Under the pieces are notes generated by a model. The model was given only the letters and a program-made list of their open reading frames with translations. It ran no database searches and was not told where the DNA came from. Below, one piece after another: positions 24,301 through 34,582 of a stretch of 46,346 nucleotides of DNA. This stretch comes from Nemertoderma westbladi (taxonomy: Eukaryota > Animalia > Xenacoelomorpha): positions 1 to 46,346 of the forward strand of contig JAUCBJ010006609.1 of NCBI GenBank assembly GCA_032718475.1. The letters run 5' to 3'. The translations under genes were made by a program, and so were the position numbers. Position 1 is the stretch's first letter. Each line of letters opens with the position of its first letter.

Positions 24301-26440
24301 TTGGACCGACGCTTTACTCGTGTTAGAGTATATAACCAATGAAGTCTGTCAGTTCAGCGTCTTCGTTACCAACAGAGTAGCCATCATACTTAGTCGCACG
24401 ACGATGGATCAATGGAGACATTGCCCCGGAACGATTAATCCAGCAGACATCGCTTCCCGAGGAGCGACTCCAAATGAATTGGTAAATACTCCCGAATGGT
24501 TAGGAGGACCCGACTTTCTCTACAGAGAAGAAGAAGAATGGCCTCCCCATCTCACAACAGCAGAGATCAGACAGGCCAAGGGAGCGGAGAAAGTTAAACC
24601 CAAAACTCGAGCGAGTAAATCGAAGTTGTTTAAACCTGCGGTTGATCTATCTGTATTATTTACTTCCGGAGATGATGCTTTGGATCAGAAACCCACCGCC
24701 ACGACTAAAGAAGTCTTGGAAATCCGTGACAAGGATTGGAAATCTGGAATACCAGATATCGCACAAGGACTCTCACCCCTCTTGCAGAGAGCGATTCGTC
24801 ACTACAGCTCCTGGAATCGGCTCTGTAAAGCCGTCACCTATTTAAAACGATGTTTTCATCATCGTTACTCCGGGACAAAGACCAATAGTGATGATGCTCC
24901 ATCAACATCTGCACGAGTCCATGTTGTTAAAGATCTCCCCAAATACAAGATATCCGACAGGTTTCTAAAGGAGAAGATCAGTTACCAGGAGCATGATGAA
25001 ACCAACAAACAGATGCTGAGACTCCTACAATGTTATGAGGATTCCGATAAGTATTTCCTGTTGTTAAGAAATCCACAGATGCGCTTAAGGGATCGCTTCT
25101 CTAGTACCATGATAGATGGGTTAATACGTGTTGGAGGTAGGCTGACCAACGCCCCATTATCCTTTGACACTAAGTTTCCCATCCTCATTAGAAATCTTGA
25201 CATACAAATCAAGATGATTGTAGATGTTCATAGCAAACTGTACCATGCTGGTAGAGAACGAGTTCTGAGCGAAATTCGAACTCGCTACTATTTTTATAAA
25301 CCCCGTAGGGCTCTGAACCAAGTTCTTAGGAACTGCATACCCTGTAGGAAAGCATTCAGTAGGCCTTTAACACAGCGAGAGGCAGAATTACCTAGGGAAA
25401 GAGTAAGCTTCTATGAACCACCCTTTACTAATACCGGTGTGGATTTATTTGGCCCTATTGAAGTATATCGTGCCCGGACTATAGTCAAGAGATGGTGTGT
25501 CATCTTCGTTTGTATGACTTGTAGAGCTATCCATCTCGATATGGTAAACGATCTATCCACCAACAGCTTCGTGTTGAGTTTACGACGACAGATCGCTCGC
25601 TTCGGAACCAGTAACACGATGAGATCGGATAAGGGAACGAACTTCATTGGCGCCAACAACGAAATTCAAGCTTACGTAAAGGACTGGAACAAAAGACAGG
25701 TGGACGATCAGCTAAGGATAACAGCGTCTAGCTGGACCTTCAACGCCGCCGACGCCCCTTGGTGGGGAGGAAGTTGGGAGAGATTGATTAGGAGCGTGAA
25801 GACTGCGTTCCACTTTATTGTACCTTGTCGCGCTTATCTCACCGACGAACTATTGCGGACGTTAATGGAGGAAATCGCCGCCTATCTCAACGAAAGACCG
25901 CTTATGCCAGTCTCTTCAAATCCTGATTCCCTGGAAGCGCTAACACCCGCGCACTTTCTACTGAAGAAACCCGTAGCCATGCTCCCACGATCGGAGATCA
26001 CAGACGGAGACGAGTACTGCCGTCGAACCTGGCAACTTATGCAGTTGCTATCCCGTCGTTTCGCTGACCATTTCGAGAAACATTACCTGCCCACTCTACA
26101 ACTTCGAACTAAGTGGTTTGCGCAGCAAGAAAACGTCAGCGCTGGAGACATGGTGCTTATTGTGGACCCCGATCTCCCACGTAAGCGATGGCAAACAGGA
26201 CGTATCATCGAGACTTATATCTCGAGCGATGGTTTGGTGCGATCAGTAGAGCTCGTCGTAATGCGGCGTAACTTTAAGAAACCAGGGATAGTCTTTGAGA
26301 CTCAACAGCTCAATCGCCCAGTGGGTCGTTTATGTTTACTGGAAAGAGACAGAGAGCTCTCCGGAAACTATGGAAGGCAAGAAACTCTTCCCACGACCAC
26401 TTCCCTAATCCAACCGACATCTAGGGACTCCCCAACTTAA
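18335..26440 (+). CDS. gag-pol: BEL/Pao Gag-Pol polyprotein (2701 aa, uninterrupted)
   Basis: Coiled-coil N-terminus with AAAEAKA repeats; DUF1759-like gag (KFNGD...KLRYLIECLEG); three BEL-type Zn knuckles (CALCDGTHRLNMC, CYNCLRQGHQRRTC, CAKCGVKHHILLH); protease LLDSGS; RT VRVVFDGS, DIEGMFLQV, YMDD; RNase H HVFGDAS; integrase HHCC plus GVDLFGP, SDKGTNF, WERLI. Confidence 0.97.
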   Translation: MSDTKQNLSDSLLDVTICDSDRGVEPSSRKFSSPPTVRKVIPPVVIKEPRLVQHRRSIIGTRAQVKRDQEAAEQQQPASQELTSQRPDSSSSEDTVELTPERGARMTDEAYSDPLLILPAAVLTRLLIAVEEHQIDWARSQRSTRDSYAGYTREELKSMVELQWNFPGPGLPFDLSEAAWEDIHRMGVAEETIDPAVWKRSAAGYAQGFFSSMERVEKQLLQQPQGPQEQGQLLYQVRERILRIRLILSAFEEASKRRQDTSLQVAVKTWFQRVSRQVQGAAQWKAQLEERSTHGESTDATFSQVESEATAEKPHKKDAIDIYLSDYQRFLGDEELRRRLDGLSPNSEGAQRVLDAIDVDRLAANQAKFDEQLRIAREKEEQVIKKRIEDRKIAAVAEAERKATLAEAAAEAKATAAEAKAAAAEAKAAAVADAERRAAEEITQLELENLQEKQDDFSKQLTASNMQMMNRSTPKRQGYTSSEEGDTTDTEGKGNRSHLSRRKRTFHRQKLPDLPPAVRRQLNNTNLGSTEPTDQIIKIERLPTIVDEPEIIRPVFEITPSVIDTPVLPEATSTFPLHSTKLPVPSRTALKTVQVLDPERNITDLSPVVPRLPATTLADPVSAVDWVDERRRGMDILLGKMEENQARSSQQVRELEGTVQQLKGTVKESKLELQEVQQNIALERDKLVNLQKGIPPPPVTMCQPVRSEISHAQGVEPTRIYTASEVETPIVNPIKGNYRPVVNDIPYRTDHNPRNLYTDNSILNNTMAQESFTRQMARTEARQAVKVGEIVKFNGDEMKWLPFNEYYKDNIQNSVLSNGEKLRYLIECLEGSPKLMALKFIGHPDGLRQVWDTLNIRYGNRNNIAGYLYAKLVAPRKFISSGIIEFSDEIQEICRQLDWLGKSQEYQNAMVIRAVASTLPKGGVGTRWDKKVLYMMEQQRRDPTMADLMSFLDGEVKLQLLKLSREKTPENKVSEKPVSRRKVTPVCYTDDGESQTSQGEDSGKDTDRSYYVNKMPKDQVSKFKSRANDRREQVRKTPPTSPKRIPVRKPEEKASVHNVTQNKVSNIKPKCALCDGTHRLNMCDEFLKKSLTERREVMWDKRLCYNCLRQGHQRRTCFSDIRCAKCGVKHHILLHAEFERNSPNQVSDSELHVQFSDVNDTDQSEMEGLYTDEFSDENESCYMINTAVYRALTYEKDPDNDFTLTTSERQPSWKEPSSNVGIREFPVVQVRVHGPKRSYVVNALLDSGSTGTFIDKELAEDIFAGQPKFQTKLNMSGIMQVWKSTITADYYVGALSTPQDELGEHSIRSVKMVAIKNFATTQADLYNWDEDESIQHLNIPRFQTDYPGVQILIGQNAHEALETLEKRPAQPQPLQTYAVRTRVGWYFTGPSRRTLKERLPQERVCQVSEWEDDTSEGDDLTEGTPYSSDNDDVHQLFDEENTIDLLKENEAWQNQVNLCQLLYPSEREAYNDELNDVIERCNAKTRDEHAVRFFTQEAVEPNSYDKALSVEEERAKQIQETTTRFLKDQGRYEVGLPFRKREPKFINNRPLAEKRIAQLHRRLTANSSAKAMYQTQLEKFISKGYAERVPEETPVTERTYYLTHHYVPKPGKPHEVRVVFDGSALYMGQSLNSELLPGPNLLQSLLGILLRLRQYSIAFASDIEGMFLQVKVLDRDRDSLRFLWWPEGDLNQKPVEYWMTIQAFGIISSPSNAFSVVRTTAEDNREAFSKEVIDNIKRDLYMDDNLKSLPSVEEAIEVAKGTVECLKRGGFRLTKFTSNSREFLESIPAEDRGAKDLDLIKDDLPETKTLGLKWDTERDILFFQLKQRDNPVRTKRICLSILSTYFDPLGFISPVILIARSLVQQMWLENHSWDDPLKGELLKKWMKWEDSLPSIEDFIISRSYFGHVLPTYSYQLHVFGDASDMGIGIVAYLRVETPDGIKVALVTSKALINNKLKVPRAELKAALYATAIGRNVTEQIDYPLEKTVYWTDALLVLEYITNEVCQFSVFVTNRVAIILSRTTMDQWRHCPGTINPADIASRGATPNELVNTPEWLGGPDFLYREEEEWPPHLTTAEIRQAKGAEKVKPKTRASKSKLFKPAVDLSVLFTSGDDALDQKPTATTKEVLEIRDKDWKSGIPDIAQGLSPLLQRAIRHYSSWNRLCKAVTYLKRCFHHRYSGTKTNSDDAPSTSARVHVVKDLPKYKISDRFLKEKISYQEHDETNKQMLRLLQCYEDSDKYFLLLRNPQMRLRDRFSSTMIDGLIRVGGRLTNAPLSFDTKFPILIRNLDIQIKMIVDVHSKLYHAGRERVLSEIRTRYYFYKPRRALNQVLRNCIPCRKAFSRPLTQREAELPRERVSFYEPPFTNTGVDLFGPIEVYRARTIVKRWCVIFVCMTCRAIHLDMVNDLSTNSFVLSLRRQIARFGTSNTMRSDKGTNFIGANNEIQAYVKDWNKRQVDDQLRITASSWTFNAADAPWWGGSWERLIRSVKTAFHFIVPCRAYLTDELLRTLMEEIAAYLNERPLMPVSSNPDSLEALTPAHFLLKKPVAMLPRSEITDGDEYCRRTWQLMQLLSRRFADHFEKHYLPTLQLRTKWFAQQENVSAGDMVLIVDPDLPRKRWQTGRIIETYISSDGLVRSVELVVMRRNFKKPGIVFETQQLNRPVGRLCLLERDRELSGNYGRQETLPTTTSLIQPTSRDSPT

Positions 26441-26954
26441 TATCGTTCGGAGTGGGCGTGTGACTCTATTATTTTATATTATTTTATTATTTTTATATTT
26501 ATGTATGTATTACTATGTAATTTTATTATAATCGTTTTATTTAATTTAGTAGAATATTATTTAGTGATTATTTAGTAGAATAGTGCAATATATTCGTGTT
26601 TATTACGTACGTAATTACTTATATTATATTTAGTGCGACGGCGAGAAATAATTCTTTTTCTCTTTCCTTACTGTCCGTATTATATTATAAATACGTAACT
26701 ACAGTAAGATGAAATGTCCGTACTTATTAAAGTACAATAAAGCCACTACTATATTCAAGTATTATTGGTAGGCAGAGTATTAGGAATGCAAAGTTCAGAT
26801 CCTCGTGTCTCGGCTAAACCAAGCTCTGGGTAGACCTTGGAAACGACTTGCCTCTTCACACTGACATTGCTTCGTGCGATATTGCTCTCATACCGTATAT
26901 TAAATAATACATATAGTAGCGTGATGTCCCTTTAACAGTAGCGTATAACGCAAA

Positions 26955-27275
26955 ATAAATCTGTTAAACCCTTTGACCATCTGTAATTCTAGTCGATTAA
27001 GATATCGCGGCACCCACCGATATACTTGAAAGACAAATTCTAGAATCAGTGGTTAACGTCCCCAGATAAGTTCTGGAATAAATCGGTGCCCATCTCAAAT
27101 ATTAATTATTTAATATTTGCAAATCTAATAAATCAAAATCTGTAAAATTCAGATCCTTCAACAATTCTAGTCAATTAAGATATCGTAGCATTTACCGATA
27201 TTCTTAAAAAGACAATTGTCATAGAATTAAGGATCTTGTGTCCCCAGACATGTTCTAGAATCAAAACATGTCCAT
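26955..27275 (+). repeat. Diverged ~178-bp-period duplication, each copy forming a long stem-loop, downstream of pol
   Basis: AATTCTAGTC(G/A)ATTAAGATATCG...CCGATAT..CTT.AAA.GAC...TAGAAT...GTCCCCAGA..(A/T)GTTCT.GAAT at 26985 and 27163. Confidence 0.7.
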
Positions 27276-28093
27276 TTAATTATCAAATAATAAAATTTCA
27301 GGGAATAATTTAAATTCATGCCTTTTAATGAATTTAATAAATTGCCATTTTTACGCAAGTTATAACATTCCCAAAATTCCATTAATTAATAGATCAAGGG
27401 AGCGGAGATTTATATCTTATTATGCATATGAGTGTGCGAAAGTCTCCCAAACATAATCAATAGCCGATAAAATTCATAAAGTCATGTATAAAACAGAACA
27501 TTGACTATTAAAGAATACTATTAAATAACATCCCAGATCTGTATGCATTGGAATTACCCTAATTCTACCGCTAGCTTTGCATAATGTCACCATAGCAACA
27601 ACCACGCTAGAATTAGAATTGAGTTAAAAGAACAATAGAAAGCTTGTCCCATTGAATAGCATAGGGAATAAATAGTGCACTGATAGTATCCAAGGATACA
27701 TAATAATAACGTGGCATTCTGGAAGGCACTTGACTAACGGACAAATGGCCCGAATGTGTGTAATTTGTGACAAGTTGTGTGTGTGGTATTTGTGAGTTTA
27801 TAGGTGAATGTTACTGCTAAGGTGTGTTTACAGTAGCTAGTCGCAATCGTAAAAGTAACCTAACTCTCCAAGGAAAACCTGAAGTACATCTAAGCCTTTG
27901 GGACGGACAGTCGAGTGACTTGTGCCGGTTGTCGTTGTCGTTGTGCGGCTACGTCGTTGGCGAAAGTACAGCGGCGGCGACACATCGGCGCTGAGGATCT
28001 CGTACTGTCCGGGGGTTGATTGGGGTAGGCAGCGACGCCCGCTCGCCTAAATATAAACTCATTATAATATGGATAAACTCATATATAGCAGAT

Positions 28094-29609
28094 ATGACGG
28101 AGTTGATAGAAGATGGTCTTGGTATCGGGGAGCGATATACTCTACTTTTACAAGCGTTTGTTGATAGCTTAATACGCTGCGACGTTAGTCCAACTGCTGC
28201 GGAGGACGATGGTCGTTATATCGAACCGCCAATGTCCCAAGAGCAGCTCGCGCGAGTTGGACTATAGAAAATTCGCTGCTCGATATGCGCAGCGTAATGG
28301 TACGTATATGGGCTTCTTAACCACTGGTCATCCTATTGATTTACACGATACGGACGATGTAGACACCGAAAGGGAAATGGTTTTATTTAAATATCATGCC
28401 CAGCGGAGTCGAAACGATAAATCGAGAATAGAACACGAGAACTCTATTCGAAACAAACTCGAAAGAGAAGACGTTGAAGAACCTGATAAACGTAACGGTT
28501 TCAACGATTATCTAGAATTCTTACGAGAGACCTATCTCAATGTTGCCAGTCAACAAAACCTCGAAACTCGATATCCCCAAGGTATACATCCAGATCCTAT
28601 GATGGAACTGAAACGGCTCTATTTTACGATGATGTATCTTACCGCCGATCGACCGCTACCTGTCGTTCCAGATAGCTTCGAACAGATGGAGGAATATTGT
28701 AAACTGGAGAGCGATCACCCGCGTTTCCCCTTCAAGACGTGCGTCTTTGGTATTACTGTGACGAATGCCCTAGACCTAACCAGCAAATCGAAAGGCATAA
28801 ACATCCTCGGAGACGTTGCGCTAAACACAGTTTTACGCGATATACTTATGGGAGTTTCGAGCGTAACCTTTTCGACGTATCACCTACGGTCGCGCGCCTT
28901 AAGCGATCATTGAATAAACCCATGATCAGAGTTCCGGAATACTCGGTCAGACCTCCCCATTCACAAGTGATACCTCAAACTCTAGATCCTAATAGTATTA
29001 CGGATCCTCCCGAACTGTACTCACTGTTCAAAGATCTAGTGCTACCCTAACAATTAATCGGTAACACTCCGACAGTGATTTCTAGCTAGCCGCCCATCTT
29101 ACCTAGCCGGATTATGACGCAGACACCTAATATCACTATCCAACCGTATGGTCGTCCTGTTTAACGCGATACAACCCTTCATCAAGGTGAAGGAGAGCGT
29201 TGTACGAAACGAGTTAAACGCTATTCTATAAAGATCAAAAAAGAAACCTGCGTTTGTTCAGATAAACGTAAGTTATAACAGTAAGTCCAATCGATAAACG
29301 AATTGGCCTTATCTCAGTTCGATTGGGAAACCTCGAATCTCAAAGAAGATATCAAGCTTAGAAAACCCTATTCTCTGCGAGAGTTTTGGACGAACGTATC
29401 CCATGACAAGCGGAGGAAAATCAGCTCGAGGAGAAGCATATCGAAATGGACGAGACACCGACCGTAAACCCAAACCTTCTAATGCAATCATATTGCACCC
29501 TTCACCCAGGAGTTATGGCCCTCCTAGTAAAGTGGCTTCCCCCAAAGAGAAAATGACTCTTGCTAGCTTTAAAAAACTGCGTAAACGCCGTCCGCGCAAG
29601 AAAGACTAA
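28094..29609 (+). pseudogene. Decayed accessory ORF of the BEL element in the env position, product unknown
   Basis: Overlapping ORF pieces (28094-28267, 28209-28913, 28739-29050, 29403-29609) in a GC-richer block. The ATG is preceded by an acceptor-like TAGCAG. No signal peptide or transmembrane helix is evident, and the final piece ends in a basic tail (FKKLRKRRPRKKD). Confidence 0.5.
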
Positions 29610-29679
29610 CTGTTTAGAGTATTTATGTATATTAGAAATTGTGATTTTGTATATTTTATAGACTTAAATCCCATTTTCT

Positions 29680-29687
29680 GGGAGCGG
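29680..29687 (+). promoter_or_regulatory. Short polypurine-tract-like site
   Basis: GGGAGCGG immediately precedes the TGT of the 3' LTR. Confidence 0.6.
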
Positions 29688-30885
29688 TGTAAAAGCTTTT
29701 GTGGGATAACTGATTCGTTTGCCTTGCTAACCAGTTCCCCCCCAGTCGCTGAATACTCTAAAAGGGGATCTATAACTCGAATAGCGCAAGCTACCGGCTT
29801 ATTGGCTGATTTGCTGTACGCAGGTATCTGGGCTCTGTTTAATCGGCCAACCAGCCTAGGAAGGTTGCGTCATAGCCCTGTTTTGTATCTCCCAATAGAA
29901 TTTGAGTTAGCCTTGATTTTGACCTATCACAGAGCTACTGAACTGAAATTTTCCTATCTCACTGCTCTTTCTCTGTGTTGAACGGGAGCTTTGTGGAATA
30001 AGGGTAGTTGGTATCCTCGTATAGAGAGTAGTCACGAGTTTTTCAAAGCCACGAAAGAACGGCTTTGTAGTGTTTTGTGCTTTCTGCTTTTTAGCCCAAC
30101 ACTAGTAGGTTTAATTATAGGGACATATATCCTTTAACTGCTAAATATCACTTTGTGAATATCACTCTGCAATTTCGTAGTCACGATCACGACGTGACTC
30201 GGCTCAATCAATACTGTATACTGCTATTTGTTGTCGGTTATTCATTATATTTGTTGATGAATTATTATATTGGAATAACGAGAAATAACCCCGAAAACCC
30301 AATATTCTTGATATACCGAAGGTAAGAGAGAAAGGTTACCTATAACGATTGTGACTTATGTTAAAGTGGTTTGAAGTGAATCTAATGTTATTTGATAGAC
30401 CCTACATGAGTCAGTCTGTGTTCCTTTTATATGTGACTAAAATCAGTGAAGATTGGCAGATTAGTGTGCAGTATTGTGCAGCATTGTATATGAGTGAGTC
30501 TGTTAAAGAAGCAATTCCTAAAGAATGCGCCATATATGTGAATTATAATTAAGCCATATCGTTGTGAGTAGTTTAAGTCATAACTTTGTTTATATAGATA
30601 AAGCGCCACGTCCTAAAGGAACTGTTAATATTCCCCGAAGGTGAATAATATTGTCAGAGATTATATAATACTGTCAGTCGAATAATACATTAGGCTTACA
30701 TAGCAATAAAATTAAGCCGTCGAACCCAATCTCCCGGGTATATCCAGCGGGTGAATGATCGCGCACAGATTGGTTTCGACTAGTGTAGTGAATCAAATAC
30801 TTGTCATAGGCTAAAAGGCGATTTAATATCTAGAAGACATCCTAATTTGGCGGGTTAAACTGCCAAAGGTCTAAAAGCGCGAACA
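29688..30885 (+). repeat. 3' LTR (1198 bp)
   Basis: Direct repeat of 14874-16071, followed by TSD AAAAC. Confidence 0.97.
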
Positions 30886-30890
30886 AAAAC

Positions 30891-31994
30891 TATTATGAAA
30901 AATTTATTAATTATTAATAACATGAATAATACTTAGTAGGACTACTGTATAAAACTCCACAACAAATTACTGCAACGTAATTCACAACATAATTATATTG
31001 TAAGGTTATATTATTTAAAAAGTAAGAAATTAACTAAAAATTATAATTAATACATGCAACAAGTATGGACCACAATTCCAACTAAACCTAGTCTATATGG
31101 AAACAATTGCAATTTTACTTTCTCGTTCGCGTCATCCCGCTTCATTACCATCGAGCAACGACAACATGTTGGGGGTGTTTACGGACCGAGATCGTGTCTT
31201 ATCCACCACTGAAAGACGGCTGCAGATGACAGGATGACATCCGCCAAATGTCTGCTAATCGTAAATCGTTTCAGGCACTTAAACTGTCATTCTTCCCCAG
31301 TGCCGCCGGTACAATTGAACAGTAGGTAACTGGTACTGGCAGGGCGGTACTGACTGTCAGACAGTAGGCCTAGTCAAATTAAGTTAAGTATTTTCTAGAA
31401 AATACAGTTTTTTTCACGTGCTGCGCGAAGGGCACATCGTCCTCTGCAGCCGTAAAATTTATACCACATTAAATACAAGACCTGGTTGTCTGGGGTGTCT
31501 GTCTGTAGATTTTCCGGCAAATTGAAGGAAAATTTAGGAAATGGTGCACATTTGAAAACAGGCAAAAATTGACTTTTCGAGAAAGAAGCCATAAACTCAT
31601 GATTTTCAATCGTGCTGCTTGAAGCGGAAAATTACCCGAATTAAAAAAATTTCTATGAAGTTACACATATGTTAGAGAGTGTATGTGTGAAACATGCGAC
31701 AAATCGGTCCAAAAATAGACACTGGGGAAAGGTGTTTGTCACTGTGTCTCAAATGTGATAGAACCAGGATGGAGGCCCCCAAACAGGAATGAGTCAACGG
31801 TAGGAATAATTATTATTCCAAAATAATCAAAACACTGCTAAACATACTTCAACAATTTCAAAAGACCAATTGCCAAGATCGGACAATCAAATTTATCTAA
31901 ATTATATTGCAAATAGATTTTCCTAGTAAACTATATGAAGGACTTCTAACAGAAAATACGTGTTGGTGTTGTGGTACAGTTAATTCATACAGTA
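30891..31994 (+). repeat. Dispersed repeat copy 2, right part (left part 14622-14873)
   Basis: Resumes colinearity with 9307-10506 directly after the TSD. Confidence 0.9.
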
Positions 31995-32540
31995 CCCAGC
32001 AAAGTCACATCCTTCGAAATTGCTACTAATATGCTGCTAATTTGATCGAAATAAATTTTCTTCGAAATTATCAGCATTTTCGCCGTCTAAATTGTCTGAT
32101 AATTCAGTCTACAATTCGTAGGATAAATTATCCTTCTAAACGAAGGATAAATTCGAAGACTATTCGAAGATTCTGAAGATTTAGCTAGTTTTTAGCCGGC
32201 AAATAGAAGGATAATTATGCCTACTATTCGCCGGATAAATTATCCTTCTAAACGAAGGATAAATTTGTAGACTTTTCGAAGGGTGGGTGAATTGATAATT
32301 TTTATCCTTCGTTTAGAAGGATAATTTATGCTGCTATTCGAAGGATAAATTATCCTTCTAAATGAAGGCTAAATTTGTAGACTTTTCGAAGGGTGGATGA
32401 ATTTATAGTTTTTATCCTGCGTTTAGAATGATAATTTATGCTACTATTCGAATGATAAATTACCTTATATTCAAAGGATAAATTACCTTCTAAACGAAGG
32501 ATAAATTTGTAGACTTTTCGAAGGTTGGATCATTTAGCTT
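31995..32540. mobile_element. End of a non-autonomous TIR transposon (EnSpm/CMC-like) with palindromic subterminal repeats
   Basis: Starts TA|CCCAGCAAA exactly where homology with repeat copy 1 stops. Many direct and inverted copies of GAAGGATAAATTATCCTTC / TAAACGAAGG / TTTGTAGACTTTTCGAAGG. Family assignment is tentative; no second terminus seen. Confidence 0.5.
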
Positions 32541-32711
32541 AGTTATGCATAGTTACTGTATGTTATGTTTTATCCGGCAAATTCTGAGAGTAAAATAATA
32601 ATTATATACTGTAGTTATGCCTACTAATAATCCGAATATTTTTTTTATCTGGGGACCATATTTAGCAGTAAATTAGTACAAAGTTATCAGTTCTTTAGAA
32701 TTGTCGATTAT

Positions 32712-33460
32712 TAGGAGCCCGCTTGACAGCGGGATACTTACTGTAAGAATCTCAGGGATACTTTCTGTAAAAAATCTCAGGATACATTACACTGACTGAC
32801 ATACTGACTGACTGACATTTATCTAGGTTAAGGCACTTCGTGCCTGGCGATTTTGATGAAATTTTGCAAGTACATTGCTTTGGTGGTTCATAATCGCGTT
32901 ACAAAATTTCAGATCGATTCTATGTGTGGTATTCGATATATTTAGTTTTTTGACATTGTTTTGTCGCGAAATTAAAAGCAATGGTAAAATAACAGCTGGT
33001 GTTCATGATGAAATATGGCTTAATATGTTATACACAGTCATAGAAAAACGTGTTGGTTGCCAAGTTTTACTAGTAGGCTATAAGGAAAGGCAATGTTTAC
33101 TCACACATAAGCTGTTGGTTTCTAATGTATTACCCCATAAGCTGATTGCTCTCCCAGTGCTTCCTAAGGGTATATCTACAATAAGGTTACTCACTCTGCT
33201 ATGTTAGGGGGTGGATCAGGAGAATGAATTTTAGTTACACAAAGCAGTGTGTTGTGTCCTATTGCAGTCGATACTCACTGTGGATTGCAAAATGTTTTAT
33301 AGTTGACCTACACTATAATACAGTAGTTGCATGTATTTAAGGAGCCCACTCTGGCCTACCGCCTAAGGAGTACCTATATTACATATTCACATAGAATTCA
33401 CTGGGAAGAGATATTCCGCTTGACGACGGGGTAATACCTATAGAAGGAAACTAAATTTGT
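32712..33460. mobile_element. Possible Helentron-associated (DINE-1/HINE-like) non-autonomous element
   Basis: Related small hairpins CCCGCTTGACAGCGGG (32717) and CCGCTTGACGACGGGG (33416), (ACTG)n microsatellite, hairpin AGGCACTTCGTGCCT, and inverted TGAAATTTTG...CAAAATTTCA. Confidence 0.35.
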
Positions 33461-34582
33461 TATTTGGCTCTATTCGTTGTTATTTATCTGGTTGTGCATC
33501 ATGGGCATTTTTTATAAATATTCGGTAATCGCATCTTATATCTTGTAAACGTTCTTGATAATGAAATTATTTGCTTCATATTATATTTTTGTTAGTGGTA
33601 GCTAAGTTGCATTTTTTATTATGTGGGGCGAGCCACAAAGTCAGCTAGCCTCACGCCTTGCAGTTTAGACAATTTTAGTTTACTTACTGCTGACTGACAT
33701 AGTTCTTTGTAATAGTCTTGGCTAGGATTTTTCCCCCGGGCTCCTTCCAGCCAGCTTGCTGGCTTTCTAGTATTATAATATATAATCTGAAGCAAAGAAA
33801 ATTGATCTATATTATGTCCAGTGAGTAGTAGGAGAAACATAGACCTCGGCATACTCCTCCCTAGCTTGGGCTATGGGCTAGATCTCGGAGGGCTATTAAA
33901 AATGCCAAATTCCGGTGCTAAATTGCAGTGTTTAATGACCATCTGTCACCAACAGTATTGATTCGCGTCGTTGCCTTGCCTTCAACCAATCGTTGCTTAT
34001 CACCTATGCGTAGCCTAACCTCAATCGACCGACCGACCGACCGACCGATCGACTGACTGAATGCTGTTACCCACTAACTAACTAACTAACTAACTGGCCC
34101 ACCGGTTATTCACCTTTTCGCCACGCTACCACCACCCCCACTGTATACTGTATATGTGATGATACTACTAACAACGACGTGGCCATCTACACGCATATAC
34201 CCCCACCGATATTATATCGATTGCCAACTCAATGATTTACCCACCGCTAGCTACCGCTACTCCTCGACGGCTGTCGCCAATCCAACCAACCAAGCAGTAT
34301 GATACATGAAATTCCACCACGTTCCAACTACGCGTATACGTGCATTAGTGATTATTATTATTATTACGCAATAATTGTTGATTATACAGTAGTTCCCTAC
34401 CGGCTAATCAACCAATCAATAAACTGAATTTAGGATATTTCTCAGTTGAAGACCTGTATTATTTTTGAAAATATCTTATATATAATCTCTTGCTTTAATC
34501 ACAATTGATCATTTGTAATGGTTTTAGTTTAAAAGTTTTTACTTTGTTTGTTTGATTTACAATAAAATAAATTAATTAAATA

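Larger units (their letters stand above)
14874..30885 (+). mobile_element. Full-length BEL/Pao (Belpaoviridae) LTR retrotransposon, 16,012 bp
   Basis: Paired TGT...ACA LTRs, 5-bp TSD AAAAC (14869-14873 and 30886-30890), single gag-pol ORF with PR-RT-RH-IN order, and purine tract GGGAGCGG before the 3' LTR. Confidence 0.97.

Noticed and set aside
18223-25659. Many short antisense or alternate-frame ORFs over gag-pol (e.g. 19315-19662, 23260-23865)
   Set aside because: Shadows of the long coding frame and its 21-nt repeat.
28094-29609. Envelope glycoprotein call for the accessory ORF
   Set aside because: No signal peptide, transmembrane segment or Cys-rich ectodomain is visible.
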